Origin: Clostridia bacterium
GTDB taxonomy: Bacteria > Bacillota > Clostridia > DUPQ01
Assembly: GCA_046484775.1 (NCBI GenBank)
Contig: JAWOIG010000225.1
Coordinates: forward strand, 1-45,810
DNA length: 45,810 nucleotides
Direction of reading: 5' to 3'
A model generated the notes under the pieces. That model was given only the letters and a program-made list of their open reading frames with translations, was not told the origin of the DNA and made no database searches. The translations under genes and the position numbers were made by a program. Within the stretch, counting starts at the first letter, position 1. Each line of letters opens with the position of its first letter. Of this stretch, positions 19,101 to 26,058 are shown piece after piece.

Positions 19101-20617
19101 AAGGAAATTGCGACAGGTATTTCATTCAGCCTGGTAAAGCCGCTTTCTCCATTTTTCTTTCTCTCGATATAGAATCCGGATATTATGCTGTTGCCATAAT
19201 CGGTCGTAGGAGCCTGCCATCTGAGATGCACTTCACCGTCTACGCCGTAACCCTGCAGGTCCTCGGGGACCTCAAGCGGCGTCTTGGCGCCGTAGCTTAC
19301 CTTGGTCGAGTACATTCCCGTCCTTGAGCTTTCATTTATGATTTCCTGGGGGGCAGGTGCCGCCGCGCCTTCCGTAAGGGGAAGAAGCACATATTCTATC
19401 GTCGTGTTCACATCATACGATTGGTTCCCCAGGTCATCCTCATAACCGAACCCTATGGCTTCGGCAAACTCCGAATCCGTATTTGCCAATGTAAGCATTG
19501 AATTCCTGGCGTCCAGGACAAGCTGTATCGTCTCCTCCGCAAGTGTGAGCTGAGGTATCTGGGGAACAAGCGGCTGGGTGGTGCCTTGAACCGGTTTCAT
19601 CGCATCCACTATCGACATGACCGGCGTATTGATCTGCGTTACAAGGTGGATTGTGGAGTTATTGAATAAATCCGCCTCCGGGACTTTGTCTATGATTGAT
19701 GCAGGCCTGATGAAGTTACCTTCCTTCTGGTCATCAAATGCCTGGCTGCCCTCTATCTTTAGCATGCTCGAATTGAGTATGACACTGCTGAAAACCATGT
19801 CGTTGAACTGCTGGATGCTGCTTACTCCAATATTGCCTAGTTTAATCGGGTCAAGAACGGAATCATTGTAAATTTCAGCGATGAACGGTGAAAACTCAAG
19901 GTTGAGGCCGGTGAATTGATAAACCTTCTCCTTCGTTCCCATCTTGCTGTCCACAAGCACCGCGTTTCCGTTGATGATTCTATAAAGGTAGTATCCTTCT
20001 TCAGGCAGCCACTCTATCTGTGGTATCCATCTCAGAAGAACCTTGTTCGGCTGATCCCATGTGCCCTTGAATTCCGTTGTCGCATCAAGCTGTCCGGGCG
20101 CCGGTTTTGCATTGGCGAGCAGGTCCTCGATCTTGGCCTTTATATCTTCGAGCCTGTCAACGTCTTCCTGGGTTTCCTCATCCTCCGCGTCTCCCTCTTC
20201 ATCGGTCAGCCCTTCAATCAGTTCATTTATTTCTTCAATAAGTAACTTAAGCCTATTGGAATCCTGTAGGCTATTTATGATATCGGCCAGGCTGCCTGCT
20301 TCGAGAATCTCATCGCCTATGCCCGATTCATCAAGAAGATCCTTTGCCCCGGCTGTATCCGAGGAAAGGAATTCCTTGAGATTGGAAGGGGTTTTGTTCA
20401 GGTCCTCGGCGGAAATCCATGGATCCACCTTTTCCCCCCCCTCGGGCGGTTTTTCGGGCTGAAGAGTATCGGAAGGGCCGGGAGTCGGGGTCGGCGATCC
20501 GGTTATGCCGGGCGTAGGCGACTCCTCGCCGGTCTTTTTTTTGCAACCTGTAAAAGAATAGGTAAAGAAAAGAACTATTGCCATCAGCAAACATAACTGT
20601 TTTTCGATCTTTTTCAT
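13121..20617 (-). CDS. giant predicted lipoprotein (about 2,498 aa) with an acidic stalk, FN3-like modules and a large unassigned C-terminal region
   Basis: Uninterrupted 7.5-kb ORF. The ATG at 20617 lies 6 nt after GGGGAGG, and the track ATG at 20632 is part of that SD. Signal peptide plus lipobox: MKKIEKQLCLLMAIVLFFTYSFTG-C. A P/T/G-rich linker follows. Repeated FN3 F-G strand signatures include YRVQALDIFGRLS, YKYWASAIDGWGNES, YFKITSVSVWGVE, YMYTVQAFNDDGLAS and WYKVKVVDTGGYTS. Confidence 0.9.
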   Translation of the reverse strand: MKKIEKQLCLLMAIVLFFTYSFTGCKKKTGEESPTPGITGSPTPTPGPSDTLQPEKPPEGGEKVDPWISAEDLNKTPSNLKEFLSSDTAGAKDLLDESGIGDEILEAGSLADIINSLQDSNRLKLLIEEINELIEGLTDEEGDAEDEETQEDVDRLEDIKAKIEDLLANAKPAPGQLDATTEFKGTWDQPNKVLLRWIPQIEWLPEEGYYLYRIINGNAVLVDSKMGTKEKVYQFTGLNLEFSPFIAEIYNDSVLDPIKLGNIGVSSIQQFNDMVFSSVILNSSMLKIEGSQAFDDQKEGNFIRPASIIDKVPEADLFNNSTIHLVTQINTPVMSIVDAMKPVQGTTQPLVPQIPQLTLAEETIQLVLDARNSMLTLANTDSEFAEAIGFGYEDDLGNQSYDVNTTIEYVLLPLTEGAAAPAPQEIINESSRTGMYSTKVSYGAKTPLEVPEDLQGYGVDGEVHLRWQAPTTDYGNSIISGFYIERKKNGESGFTRLNEIPVAISFMEDENHILYEVPDYYIDYDVENGDRVTYRVQALDIFGRLSDYTSSPLSIDVVKTTPPGSPEIDQPVMSDSVKRRTESFFQETINAYSGTKGVILPISKTTDDTEKFIIYRSTAWGNGLFSQPVEVGRVEIPAEKPADKLVLKGGGVSGGNIILQKDALGSKIEAVFFDANVTAGYFYKYWASAIDGWGNESAWSHSKVLGYSTDAQPQLPGSATASLTFNMLPDFSAEAVGFMQGRFADIEMASDIKWGSTPIDKGYEPRAGVNTTVVQEAMVKDISIGVSVSDIVRKGITVLPQMLNLFYGNMPKPADVHDIIALRESDVKPNGTADVSWYHYSGEGLGAYNVYRTYIDGGDIDEIRALPIEEILEAYDWTLVEGNITYNKITDTVQKQSGRIYLYMISMVPAQTRPDLDIGYIGYVPGGWISLKWDRPDDAQISYFNVYKAEVPYFSASDNPDALDWTLVGDKLKYTGYVEEADQTIAHYYYFKITSVSVWGVETEGYTLASIRVASTVPPQAPFMLIPFPKKASVEVRWNGVPFASKYKVFRTMVPRVTEEDISAIQLKAPEMFNKIFMPEISTQIYMPDLQIMPFSSDRPEYGMMAGGITLPAATVSEAVSNFNTLQLLAPMTIMNSIKTSPVDTKVDVFKNIVEKYGVLAVAPYGMLDSALAKLVIWDLVDEVDIPLGQVSTGTFSFVDTDVEFGDTYMYTVQAFNDDGLASERPEPVSVSPRKGEAFPPVTGIAAAIDSDTGQPEITWNKAKDPNLSIDESAEFIAGYIVYRSKTQNGEYYQASPLLTATGYIDNDADPAAVNWYKVKVVDTGGYTSEFSSAVSTGGIRSFLLPSSSIFRIYEQPRIIIPLIPFGEQQEQPADLSAATAFIMPTISLPPIIIAPVTLPASMKIAGFDVINIATTGTGSPKTGAGDLVIANKYTVPVNLTVTSWSSEGEITNGNVALKSAVQVGNTGVYISSLTINTEINKAIATGYVVKAGSQPTENLMGDLYSLRFTNSEVTPGGIISITEIPEFRYDNILLTGMEKITLNLGAFDATAPAVIQSETIRKRGTILYLSFGTGFINMMNGVAENNLGMETIDNKGLEFSYSIINFDKNGAMNGTMTISQWQLMRTVIPAGLGISTIDARLVYKNGVPDTTTSYLKGKILLPFETFIDDSPVSANFNTIAKQTLGDSVFDSSNVGGLLQMNPNSIKSGTTQVIQVQKNIVDVGMFYLAERAQLQTLLIMPTDLAGMPTISNIPIDITGWGGRGFIVYNKSLMPTLVGNDDEEVGVIGSNVTIDLDRGKATTDAMTTETQEAVWTGMIIKSGRVSLPPAYIKTESNKRVSFNLTPGEMLYDRNGFYYQSQAYSPEGIPVNLGDQLGGFQDAYANSIYIDLYNNSVNLEIKGSIGIPLFGFQRANIRIYTSEELGKLVCTVEETEKFDPAGTGEVFIKISGGHLMEDGLHMDGTLDLNFNASILMSDIAFTELIVPADMEMLKEANNPEGLLGSALFDKPYKIQFHDFDMEIRALSLITRGSSFSIAVLAPNLDTGIRRTLKWSGITMPISGSVSYYSSDMYLWGGMQLSDTLSVDTEEDFDRIIIAGVFENPGINYSESKSKVNMDFEEFAQIDSIASPKVVDPGSGIIEYETDSLEMVFNTAADIFGAVEIECNARMGYDKVMGRYFFALAIYYSDPMGGIDFGYGKINDITGVFGYNLDIGYSVETGYVIPSGKQGLFNAIDTMDVNRTPGGNYFFAATAWMTLGYDTSYGKLQLGEVRNLYLVVEKGPSVEIGGQYYGPSKVTSVMTGNDLKLMGTVRIGYYHRDKLFKFSLTLTDFGMYGLVLNGDVGFEMSPKFWELRIGYPNPLEARMGSLSKTGFGLVIKNTTPPSENFVKGKMYFEYDTGYVTIAIVYFRAYLKVGGEGEYDFNEDHLLLSAYIQGGLEGGIKVGGKRYEIISLHLNAQGELEKKDNDWRLEAQVKIRYHLSLVFFDVGGSVTWHMKLSF

Positions 20618-20683
20618 GATTGACCTCCCCAAAGCATGAATACAAGGAAACCTGTTATGACCCCAACCAATATGATAATGCCA

Positions 20684-20692
20684 ATTATATCA
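20684..20692 (-). promoter_or_regulatory. extended -10 element (TGATATAAT) upstream of the giant gene
   Basis: The minus strand reads GTGATATAATTGG about 65 nt before the ATG. A second TATAAT lies 20 nt further upstream. The -35 is weak. Confidence 0.4.
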
Positions 20693-20780
20693 CTTTGTTG
20701 GCAGATTATAAAGCCAGTGCTTCGGGTGTTTGCCGCTTGCTGTTCATGAGAACCGCTTCGCTTTATGTCTTGGCTGAGTA

Positions 20781-21698
20781 CTACAGGAATACCAATATGA
20801 GCAATGGGATTGTCGCTATTGAAAGGAGCGTTGAAAAGGAGACCACGCCGGATGCCAGTTTTGTGTTTCCCCCGAATTGCTGGGCGAATATGGTTGTTGC
20901 GGCGGCGCACGGCATTCCGACAAGCAGGACGAGGATCCGCAGAGCCATGTCCGGCGGAGCCATCCAGAAAAACAAGGCATAGGCGATCGCAGGAAGAATC
21001 AGCAATCTTAATCCCGATGCGATGTATATCCATTTGTCATTGAAAAGAATCCTGAAGTTTACCTCTGCAAGCGTAGCGCCGATGACTATCATCGAAAGCG
21101 GGGTTGTAAGACCTCCGATTATGTCAAGCGCCCGGTCAAGCGGATATGGTATTTTGATTCCGAGTCCGAGTATTATGAATGCCGCGAGCATGGCGATCAT
21201 CGACGGGCTCATGATGTCTATCAGTATGCGCCTGAGGCTGTTGTGCTTTTTGAAAATAACAACTCCGTACGTCCACAAGAAAACATTGAATGGAATCAGG
21301 AATACCGCCCCGTAAAAAACTCCTTCGCTGCCCAGCAGCGCCTGCAGCACCGGAAAACCCATATAGGCGCTGTTGGAAAAAACTGTCGCGAATTTCAAGA
21401 CCGTTTCTTTATCGGCTCCCGATTTTTTATAGGCAAAGGAGGCTATTCCTATGGATATAAGGAAAATGACAACCGCCATCCCAAGCAACCATACGGAATT
21501 GGTGATTTTTTCAGCCGTGAACTCCATCTGCGAGGATGCAAGAATGACCGCTGGAAGCGTAATGTTGATTACAAACGACGCAATGTGTTTTTTTGTATCG
21601 CCATCGATTATCTTTGTTTTGGCGGCGATGAAGCCGGCAGCCATGATCATGAATAAAATCAGGACCTCATAAAACACCAGGGATGCGCTCATAGCCAC
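20781..21698 (-). CDS. AEC-family (auxin efflux carrier-like) transporter
   Basis: 305-aa polytopic protein with AEC-typical N-terminal text (ILFMIMAAGFIAAKTKII, INITLPAVILAS). It starts 3 nt after the AKR stop. The start is either GTG at 21698 or ATG at 21692. Confidence 0.85.
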   Translation of the reverse strand: MAMSASLVFYEVLILFMIMAAGFIAAKTKIIDGDTKKHIASFVINITLPAVILASSQMEFTAEKITNSVWLLGMAVVIFLISIGIASFAYKKSGADKETVLKFATVFSNSAYMGFPVLQALLGSEGVFYGAVFLIPFNVFLWTYGVVIFKKHNSLRRILIDIMSPSMIAMLAAFIILGLGIKIPYPLDRALDIIGGLTTPLSMIVIGATLAEVNFRILFNDKWIYIASGLRLLILPAIAYALFFWMAPPDMALRILVLLVGMPCAAATTIFAQQFGGNTKLASGVVSFSTLLSIATIPLLILVFL

Positions 21699-21701
21699 CT
21701 T

Positions 21702-22685
21702 CTAAACTTTCATTATCAGACGAGGGTCGTCCTCATGATACATCGTGTCCCAGCCGCTTACCGTATCGGCGACCACACCGGCAATGCCGCCTATCGCCCG
21801 CCGGTCCTCCGGGTCAAGCCTCCAGCCCGCCGCGCCAATATTTTCCGCCGCCTGGACCGGTGACTTTGCCCCTACAATGGCGCATGTGATTCCCGGTTCG
21901 CCGATGACCCAGTTAATCGCCGTCTGCACCGTTGTCTTTCCATACTTTTCTGAGATTCCCTTTATTTTTTCGGTTGCATCAATTGCCATTTCATATGTCG
22001 GGGATTTGAACAGCGGTATGGTGTTCTTGCGCATATCAGAATCATCAAATTTCCAGTCCTTGGTAAATTTGCCGGTCAGCAGCCCCTGGGCTATGGAGCT
22101 ATAGGACATGACACCTATGTTCCTTTCCCTGCAAAAAGGCAGCAAGTCCTTTTCGATATGCCTCCAATAAAGGCTGTAGCATGGCTGCACAATATCTATA
22201 TCGCCGGCCTTCAAGGCTCTTTCGAGATGACCGACCGTATAATTCGAAACGCCGATCGCCCTTATCTTGCCCTCTGACTTGAGCTTCATGAGCTGCTCGA
22301 CAGGCTCTTCGACAGGTATGTCCGGATTCGGCCAGTGAATGAAATAAACATCTATATAATCGGTCCGGAGTCTTGAAAGGCTTGACTCGACGCTTTTTCT
22401 TGCATTCTTTAGGGTAAGTCCGGGTGTGGAACCTTTGCTTGAAATGACTACCTTTTCTCTCAAGCCGCCAAGCGCCCTTCCGAGGACTTCCTCAGAGTGC
22501 CCCTGGCCATAAGCCATGGCTGTGTCAAAAAAATTTATTCCGCCTTCAATCGCCGTATTCACTGTTTCGATAAAAACCTCGTCCCCCGGGGTTTCGCCCC
22601 ACTCGCTTCCCGCTCCCATGGCCCAGCATCCCAGGGCTATCTTCGAAACCATTATGCCCGCAGATTCGATTTTCGTGTATTCCAT
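21702..22685 (-). CDS. aldo/keto reductase
   Basis: Typical AKR text: GCWAMG, FFDTAMAYGQGHSEEVLG, IHWPN and GVSNY. The ATG at 22685 is preceded by AAGGGAGAA. The track start at 22742 lies upstream of the promoter. Confidence 0.92.
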   Translation of the reverse strand: MEYTKIESAGIMVSKIALGCWAMGAGSEWGETPGDEVFIETVNTAIEGGINFFDTAMAYGQGHSEEVLGRALGGLREKVVISSKGSTPGLTLKNARKSVESSLSRLRTDYIDVYFIHWPNPDIPVEEPVEQLMKLKSEGKIRAIGVSNYTVGHLERALKAGDIDIVQPCYSLYWRHIEKDLLPFCRERNIGVMSYSSIAQGLLTGKFTKDWKFDDSDMRKNTIPLFKSPTYEMAIDATEKIKGISEKYGKTTVQTAINWVIGEPGITCAIVGAKSPVQAAENIGAAGWRLDPEDRRAIGGIAGVVADTVSGWDTMYHEDDPRLIMKV

Positions 22686-22713
22686 CGTTTTCTCCCTTTC
22701 GAATTTCAATAGT

Positions 22714-22742
22714 ATAATACCGTATATTCTACGGTACATCAA
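22714..22742 (-). promoter_or_regulatory. sigma70-type promoter for the AKR-AEC operon with a palindromic operator in the spacer
   Basis: On the minus strand: TTGATG, a 17-nt spacer, then TATTAT. The spacer is almost entirely the inverted repeat ACCGTA-N5-TACGGT (22719-22735). Confidence 0.5.
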
Positions 22743-22865
22743 ATCAAAAGCCTTATGTTATTTCAACAGAGACAAAAACCCCCTCGGTCCCATGGATGGT
22801 TTCATTTTCAAATAATTCTATACGGCCTGTTTACATAATAGATCCATACCGGAATTTGGGAATCA

Positions 22866-25388
22866 TCAAAGTCCGGGCCATATCTCCGATATGAAGAGCT
22901 TCACCAATCCGGGGTCGAACTGCCTTCCCGAATTTTTTCTCATTTCAGTATAGATGCGTCTCTGCGACATTGCCTTTCTGAACGGCCTTTGGTTCGCCAT
23001 CGCATCATAGGCAGCTGCAATGGCAATTATCCTGGATTGCAAAGGTATCTCTTCTTCCTTCAATCCCCTGGGATATCCCTTTCTGTCCCATCTTTCATGA
23101 TGCGCAAGGACGAACTCCGCAAGGTCAGCCGTATCATTCGCGCTGCTCAAAATCCTGTATCCCGTTTCCGAATGCCTCCTTATATTTTCAATCTCGTCGG
23201 TTTTTATAAGTTTGCCCGGACTTTTCAGCAAGTCTTCCCTTACGGCTATTTTGCCGATGTCGTGATACAGACCGGCATATCTCAGCCTTTCGATTTCATT
23301 TTTCTTCATTTTCAACGCCTCGCCGATCCTGCCGCATATTTCGCTGACTTTCCCCGCATGATCCTGTTCCCAATCGATCCTATTGCAAAGGGTCTTGAAA
23401 ATAACTTCGATTGCTTCTTTTCTTTTTTTCGAATGGTCGCGAAGCTTGTCCCTGTACATGGCATCTTCGGCGGCTTTGAACAAATCGTCGCGGTTTTGCT
23501 TTGAATCGGTTTTAACCGCATGGCCAAGTCCTATTGAAAACGGCAGCTCTGTTGAAGTGCACCCGTCGGCCGCAACTGAAATTCGTTTTAATATTTTCTC
23601 CGCATCGGCGGCACCTGTGTGAGGCAGAAGTATCATGAACTCGTCCCCTCCCACACGGGCTATTATCTCATCCTGCCTGCATGCGGCTTTTAGGATTTCA
23701 GCCGCGCTGATCAACAAAGCATCCCCTTCATTATGTCCGAATGAATCATTGGTCAGCTTAAGGCCATTTATATCCGCCATAATGACCGAGAACGGATAAT
23801 TCCGTTTGACGTCCAGTCTGCTGAATTCTTCCTCAAGATACCTGCGGTTGTAAAGTCCGGTCAGATGGTCGTGATAGCTGATGTATTCTATTTCCTCGAG
23901 CTGATCCTTCCTTCCCGACATGTCGAGGATTGTTCCAAGCATCCTCACAGGCGTCCTGCCGTCGAAATCAATGGTGCAATTTAGCAGACACGCCAATTCA
24001 TCCCCCATGCGGCCCGGCAAATTGACATCAAGCTCAAAATTCTTCTTTTTGCGAAAGGCTTCATGAACCGCATTTTCAAATATCTCCCCGGATTGATTTA
24101 AAAACGGCAGGATTCCGGATACTTCGGCATCCGTGTTTTTTTTGCATTCATCCCCAAGCAATTCGAAAAGACCATCCGACCACATGCATGCCCTGGAGGA
24201 AAAATCATATTCAAAATATCCCGACCTGTTCAATAATTCAGCCTTTTTCAACGCGTTTTCGCTTTTTAGAATCCGGTCCTGCATATTCCTGCTTTCGGTT
24301 GTATCCTCTCCCGATAATAGGACCATCGCTTCGTTTTCACCATCGACTTTTATAAATGTGCTGCGCCAGGCCACGGTTCTCCATTCGCCCGAAGCCGTTA
24401 TAACCGGATGCTCTGACACTTTGTAACCCCCTTGCATATCAAAGGATTCAAAATCAGTCATTGTCCTGGCTGCATCCTCATGCTCGCGCGGCACAAAATC
24501 GTCTATCCAAAGCCTGCCCAGTATATCCTTGGAATCATAGCCAAGCATTGCACAGCAGGTCCGGTTGATAAATGCGGCCCTTCCGGTCGCATCCAAAACA
24601 ACAATCATTGAACCTGCTGAATCAATAAAGGTTCTCAGCTTGTTTCTTTCCATGTTCAGAGCTTCTTTTTCCCTCATCATATCCGTGGCGTCGAAGGCTG
24701 CGCCCGAAACCAAAACATCATTTCCTTCTGATGATTCGGCTTTTCCCTTGAACAGCAGTATTCTTTCGTTCTTCCCTGCACCGGGCTTGACTCGCAGTGA
24801 AACACGCCCTGTGTTTTCCCCTGCCGCCATTTCCCTTACTGCCTCCCAAAATTCCGTTGGATCTTTTAGATTCCTTGAAAATTCAATAATGCTCTTTTCA
24901 AAACTTCCTTCTTCAAGGCCGAATAGCCTCGAAGCACCCGCCGATGACCATACCATTTCCTCTCCGGGTACGATTTCAAGGCTTCCCGACGAGCCCGCCC
25001 TTTCCGAAGCCTCGTACCTGCGAATATGCCCGGCTGATTCCTCGGATAAGTTTACCGCATCCGTAACATCATCTGTGAAAGCGATAATATTTTTGTCAAC
25101 GGCAATCGATTCTATTTTCCATAGTCTGACACCGTCCCTTACTGTCCTGACAGGCAGGATTACAGGGTTCTTGATTGAATCCATGAATTCCGAGGTTTTG
25201 GCTTTAATATCTTTCTCATCCGGACCCTGGATTATTCCGCTTATACTCTCGCCGATGAGTTCGACAAAATTATAGCCGCACATTGCGCATGTTTTTTCAT
25301 TAACATACTTGAATATACCATCCAAGTCGGTGATGAATATTCCATACGGAGCCATCTCGATTATCCCGGAAAATATTTCTGCTTCCAT
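22866..25388 (-). CDS. multi-PAS sensor with GGDEF and HD-GYP domains (c-di-GMP turnover)
   Basis: RVGGDEFMILL is an intact GGDEF. GLYHDIGKI plus HHERWDRKGYPRGL make an HD-GYP. The roughly 500-aa N-terminal part has repeated PAS-like segments. Confidence 0.92.
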   Translation of the reverse strand: MEAEIFSGIIEMAPYGIFITDLDGIFKYVNEKTCAMCGYNFVELIGESISGIIQGPDEKDIKAKTSEFMDSIKNPVILPVRTVRDGVRLWKIESIAVDKNIIAFTDDVTDAVNLSEESAGHIRRYEASERAGSSGSLEIVPGEEMVWSSAGASRLFGLEEGSFEKSIIEFSRNLKDPTEFWEAVREMAAGENTGRVSLRVKPGAGKNERILLFKGKAESSEGNDVLVSGAAFDATDMMREKEALNMERNKLRTFIDSAGSMIVVLDATGRAAFINRTCCAMLGYDSKDILGRLWIDDFVPREHEDAARTMTDFESFDMQGGYKVSEHPVITASGEWRTVAWRSTFIKVDGENEAMVLLSGEDTTESRNMQDRILKSENALKKAELLNRSGYFEYDFSSRACMWSDGLFELLGDECKKNTDAEVSGILPFLNQSGEIFENAVHEAFRKKKNFELDVNLPGRMGDELACLLNCTIDFDGRTPVRMLGTILDMSGRKDQLEEIEYISYHDHLTGLYNRRYLEEEFSRLDVKRNYPFSVIMADINGLKLTNDSFGHNEGDALLISAAEILKAACRQDEIIARVGGDEFMILLPHTGAADAEKILKRISVAADGCTSTELPFSIGLGHAVKTDSKQNRDDLFKAAEDAMYRDKLRDHSKKRKEAIEVIFKTLCNRIDWEQDHAGKVSEICGRIGEALKMKKNEIERLRYAGLYHDIGKIAVREDLLKSPGKLIKTDEIENIRRHSETGYRILSSANDTADLAEFVLAHHERWDRKGYPRGLKEEEIPLQSRIIAIAAAYDAMANQRPFRKAMSQRRIYTEMRKNSGRQFDPGLVKLFISEIWPGL

Positions 25389-25436
25389 ATCATCTCCCCG
25401 GATTGCCGCTTCATAATGATTAACTTAATAAAAAAG

Positions 25437-25491
25437 AGCGGGAATCCCGCTTAAAGAATACACCGGGAGACCGTATGCAGCGGTCTCCCGG
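25437..25491 (-). terminator. two tandem hairpins after the zinc-ribbon gene
   Basis: CCGGGAGACCG-N7-CGGTCTCCCGG (11-bp stem, 25463-25491) is followed by AGCGGG-AAT-CCCGCT and then TTTTTT on the minus strand. Confidence 0.65.
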
Positions 25492-25501
25492 AGTTATGCC
25501 A

Positions 25502-25975
25502 TTAGACCTTTGCTCCACAGGAAGGGCAGAATGCAACTCCGTCCTCCAGTTCGGCTCCGCATGATACACACACATTGCCTTTGGATTCGTCTTCCGGTTC
25601 CTCGACAACCTTTGGTTCAAACTTATTGCCGCATTTGGGACAGAACGCAATCGTGTCCTCTGCTTCCTCTCCGCATGATGTGCAAACCCTTATATGCTTG
25701 AGCTCCATGATTTTTTCTTCATTTTCCTTTATAAGCTCTTTTGCGGCTGATATTGATTCACACAAGGCAACGGCTTCGGGGAATAATTCCCTGCCCTCCA
25801 AAAACATTGCATATGCAGCCTCGCCGATCTGCATCTTGTGCTTTTCAATTTCGTTTTCCTGATCCCGTATCTTACCCTTGACTTTTCCGATTTCTATCAT
25901 TTCTTCCGATCTCTTGGCAGTGTTTTTTGCGGCATCGCCGAGTTTCTTGCCAAAATCCTTGAATTTTCCAGCCAT
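25502..25975 (-). CDS. double zinc-ribbon protein with an N-terminal helical region
   Basis: Two CxxC-N11-CxxC units: CTSCG...CPKCG and CVSCG...CPSCG. SD AAGGAGGG lies before the ATG. Confidence 0.8.
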   Translation of the reverse strand: MAGKFKDFGKKLGDAAKNTAKRSEEMIEIGKVKGKIRDQENEIEKHKMQIGEAAYAMFLEGRELFPEAVALCESISAAKELIKENEEKIMELKHIRVCTSCGEEAEDTIAFCPKCGNKFEPKVVEEPEDESKGNVCVSCGAELEDGVAFCPSCGAKV

Positions 25976-26058
25976 GATGAACCCTCCTTATTAAGAATTT
26001 TCCGATTGTCCCTTATTTATATTTTATTACAAATAATATAATTCTGCAAATATCCCGT

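Noticed and set aside
20618-20632. Upstream ATG (MGRSI...) as the start of the giant gene
   Set aside because: The codons ATG GGG AGG are the Shine-Dalgarno sequence for the ATG at 20617, which begins a canonical signal peptide (MKKIEKQ...).
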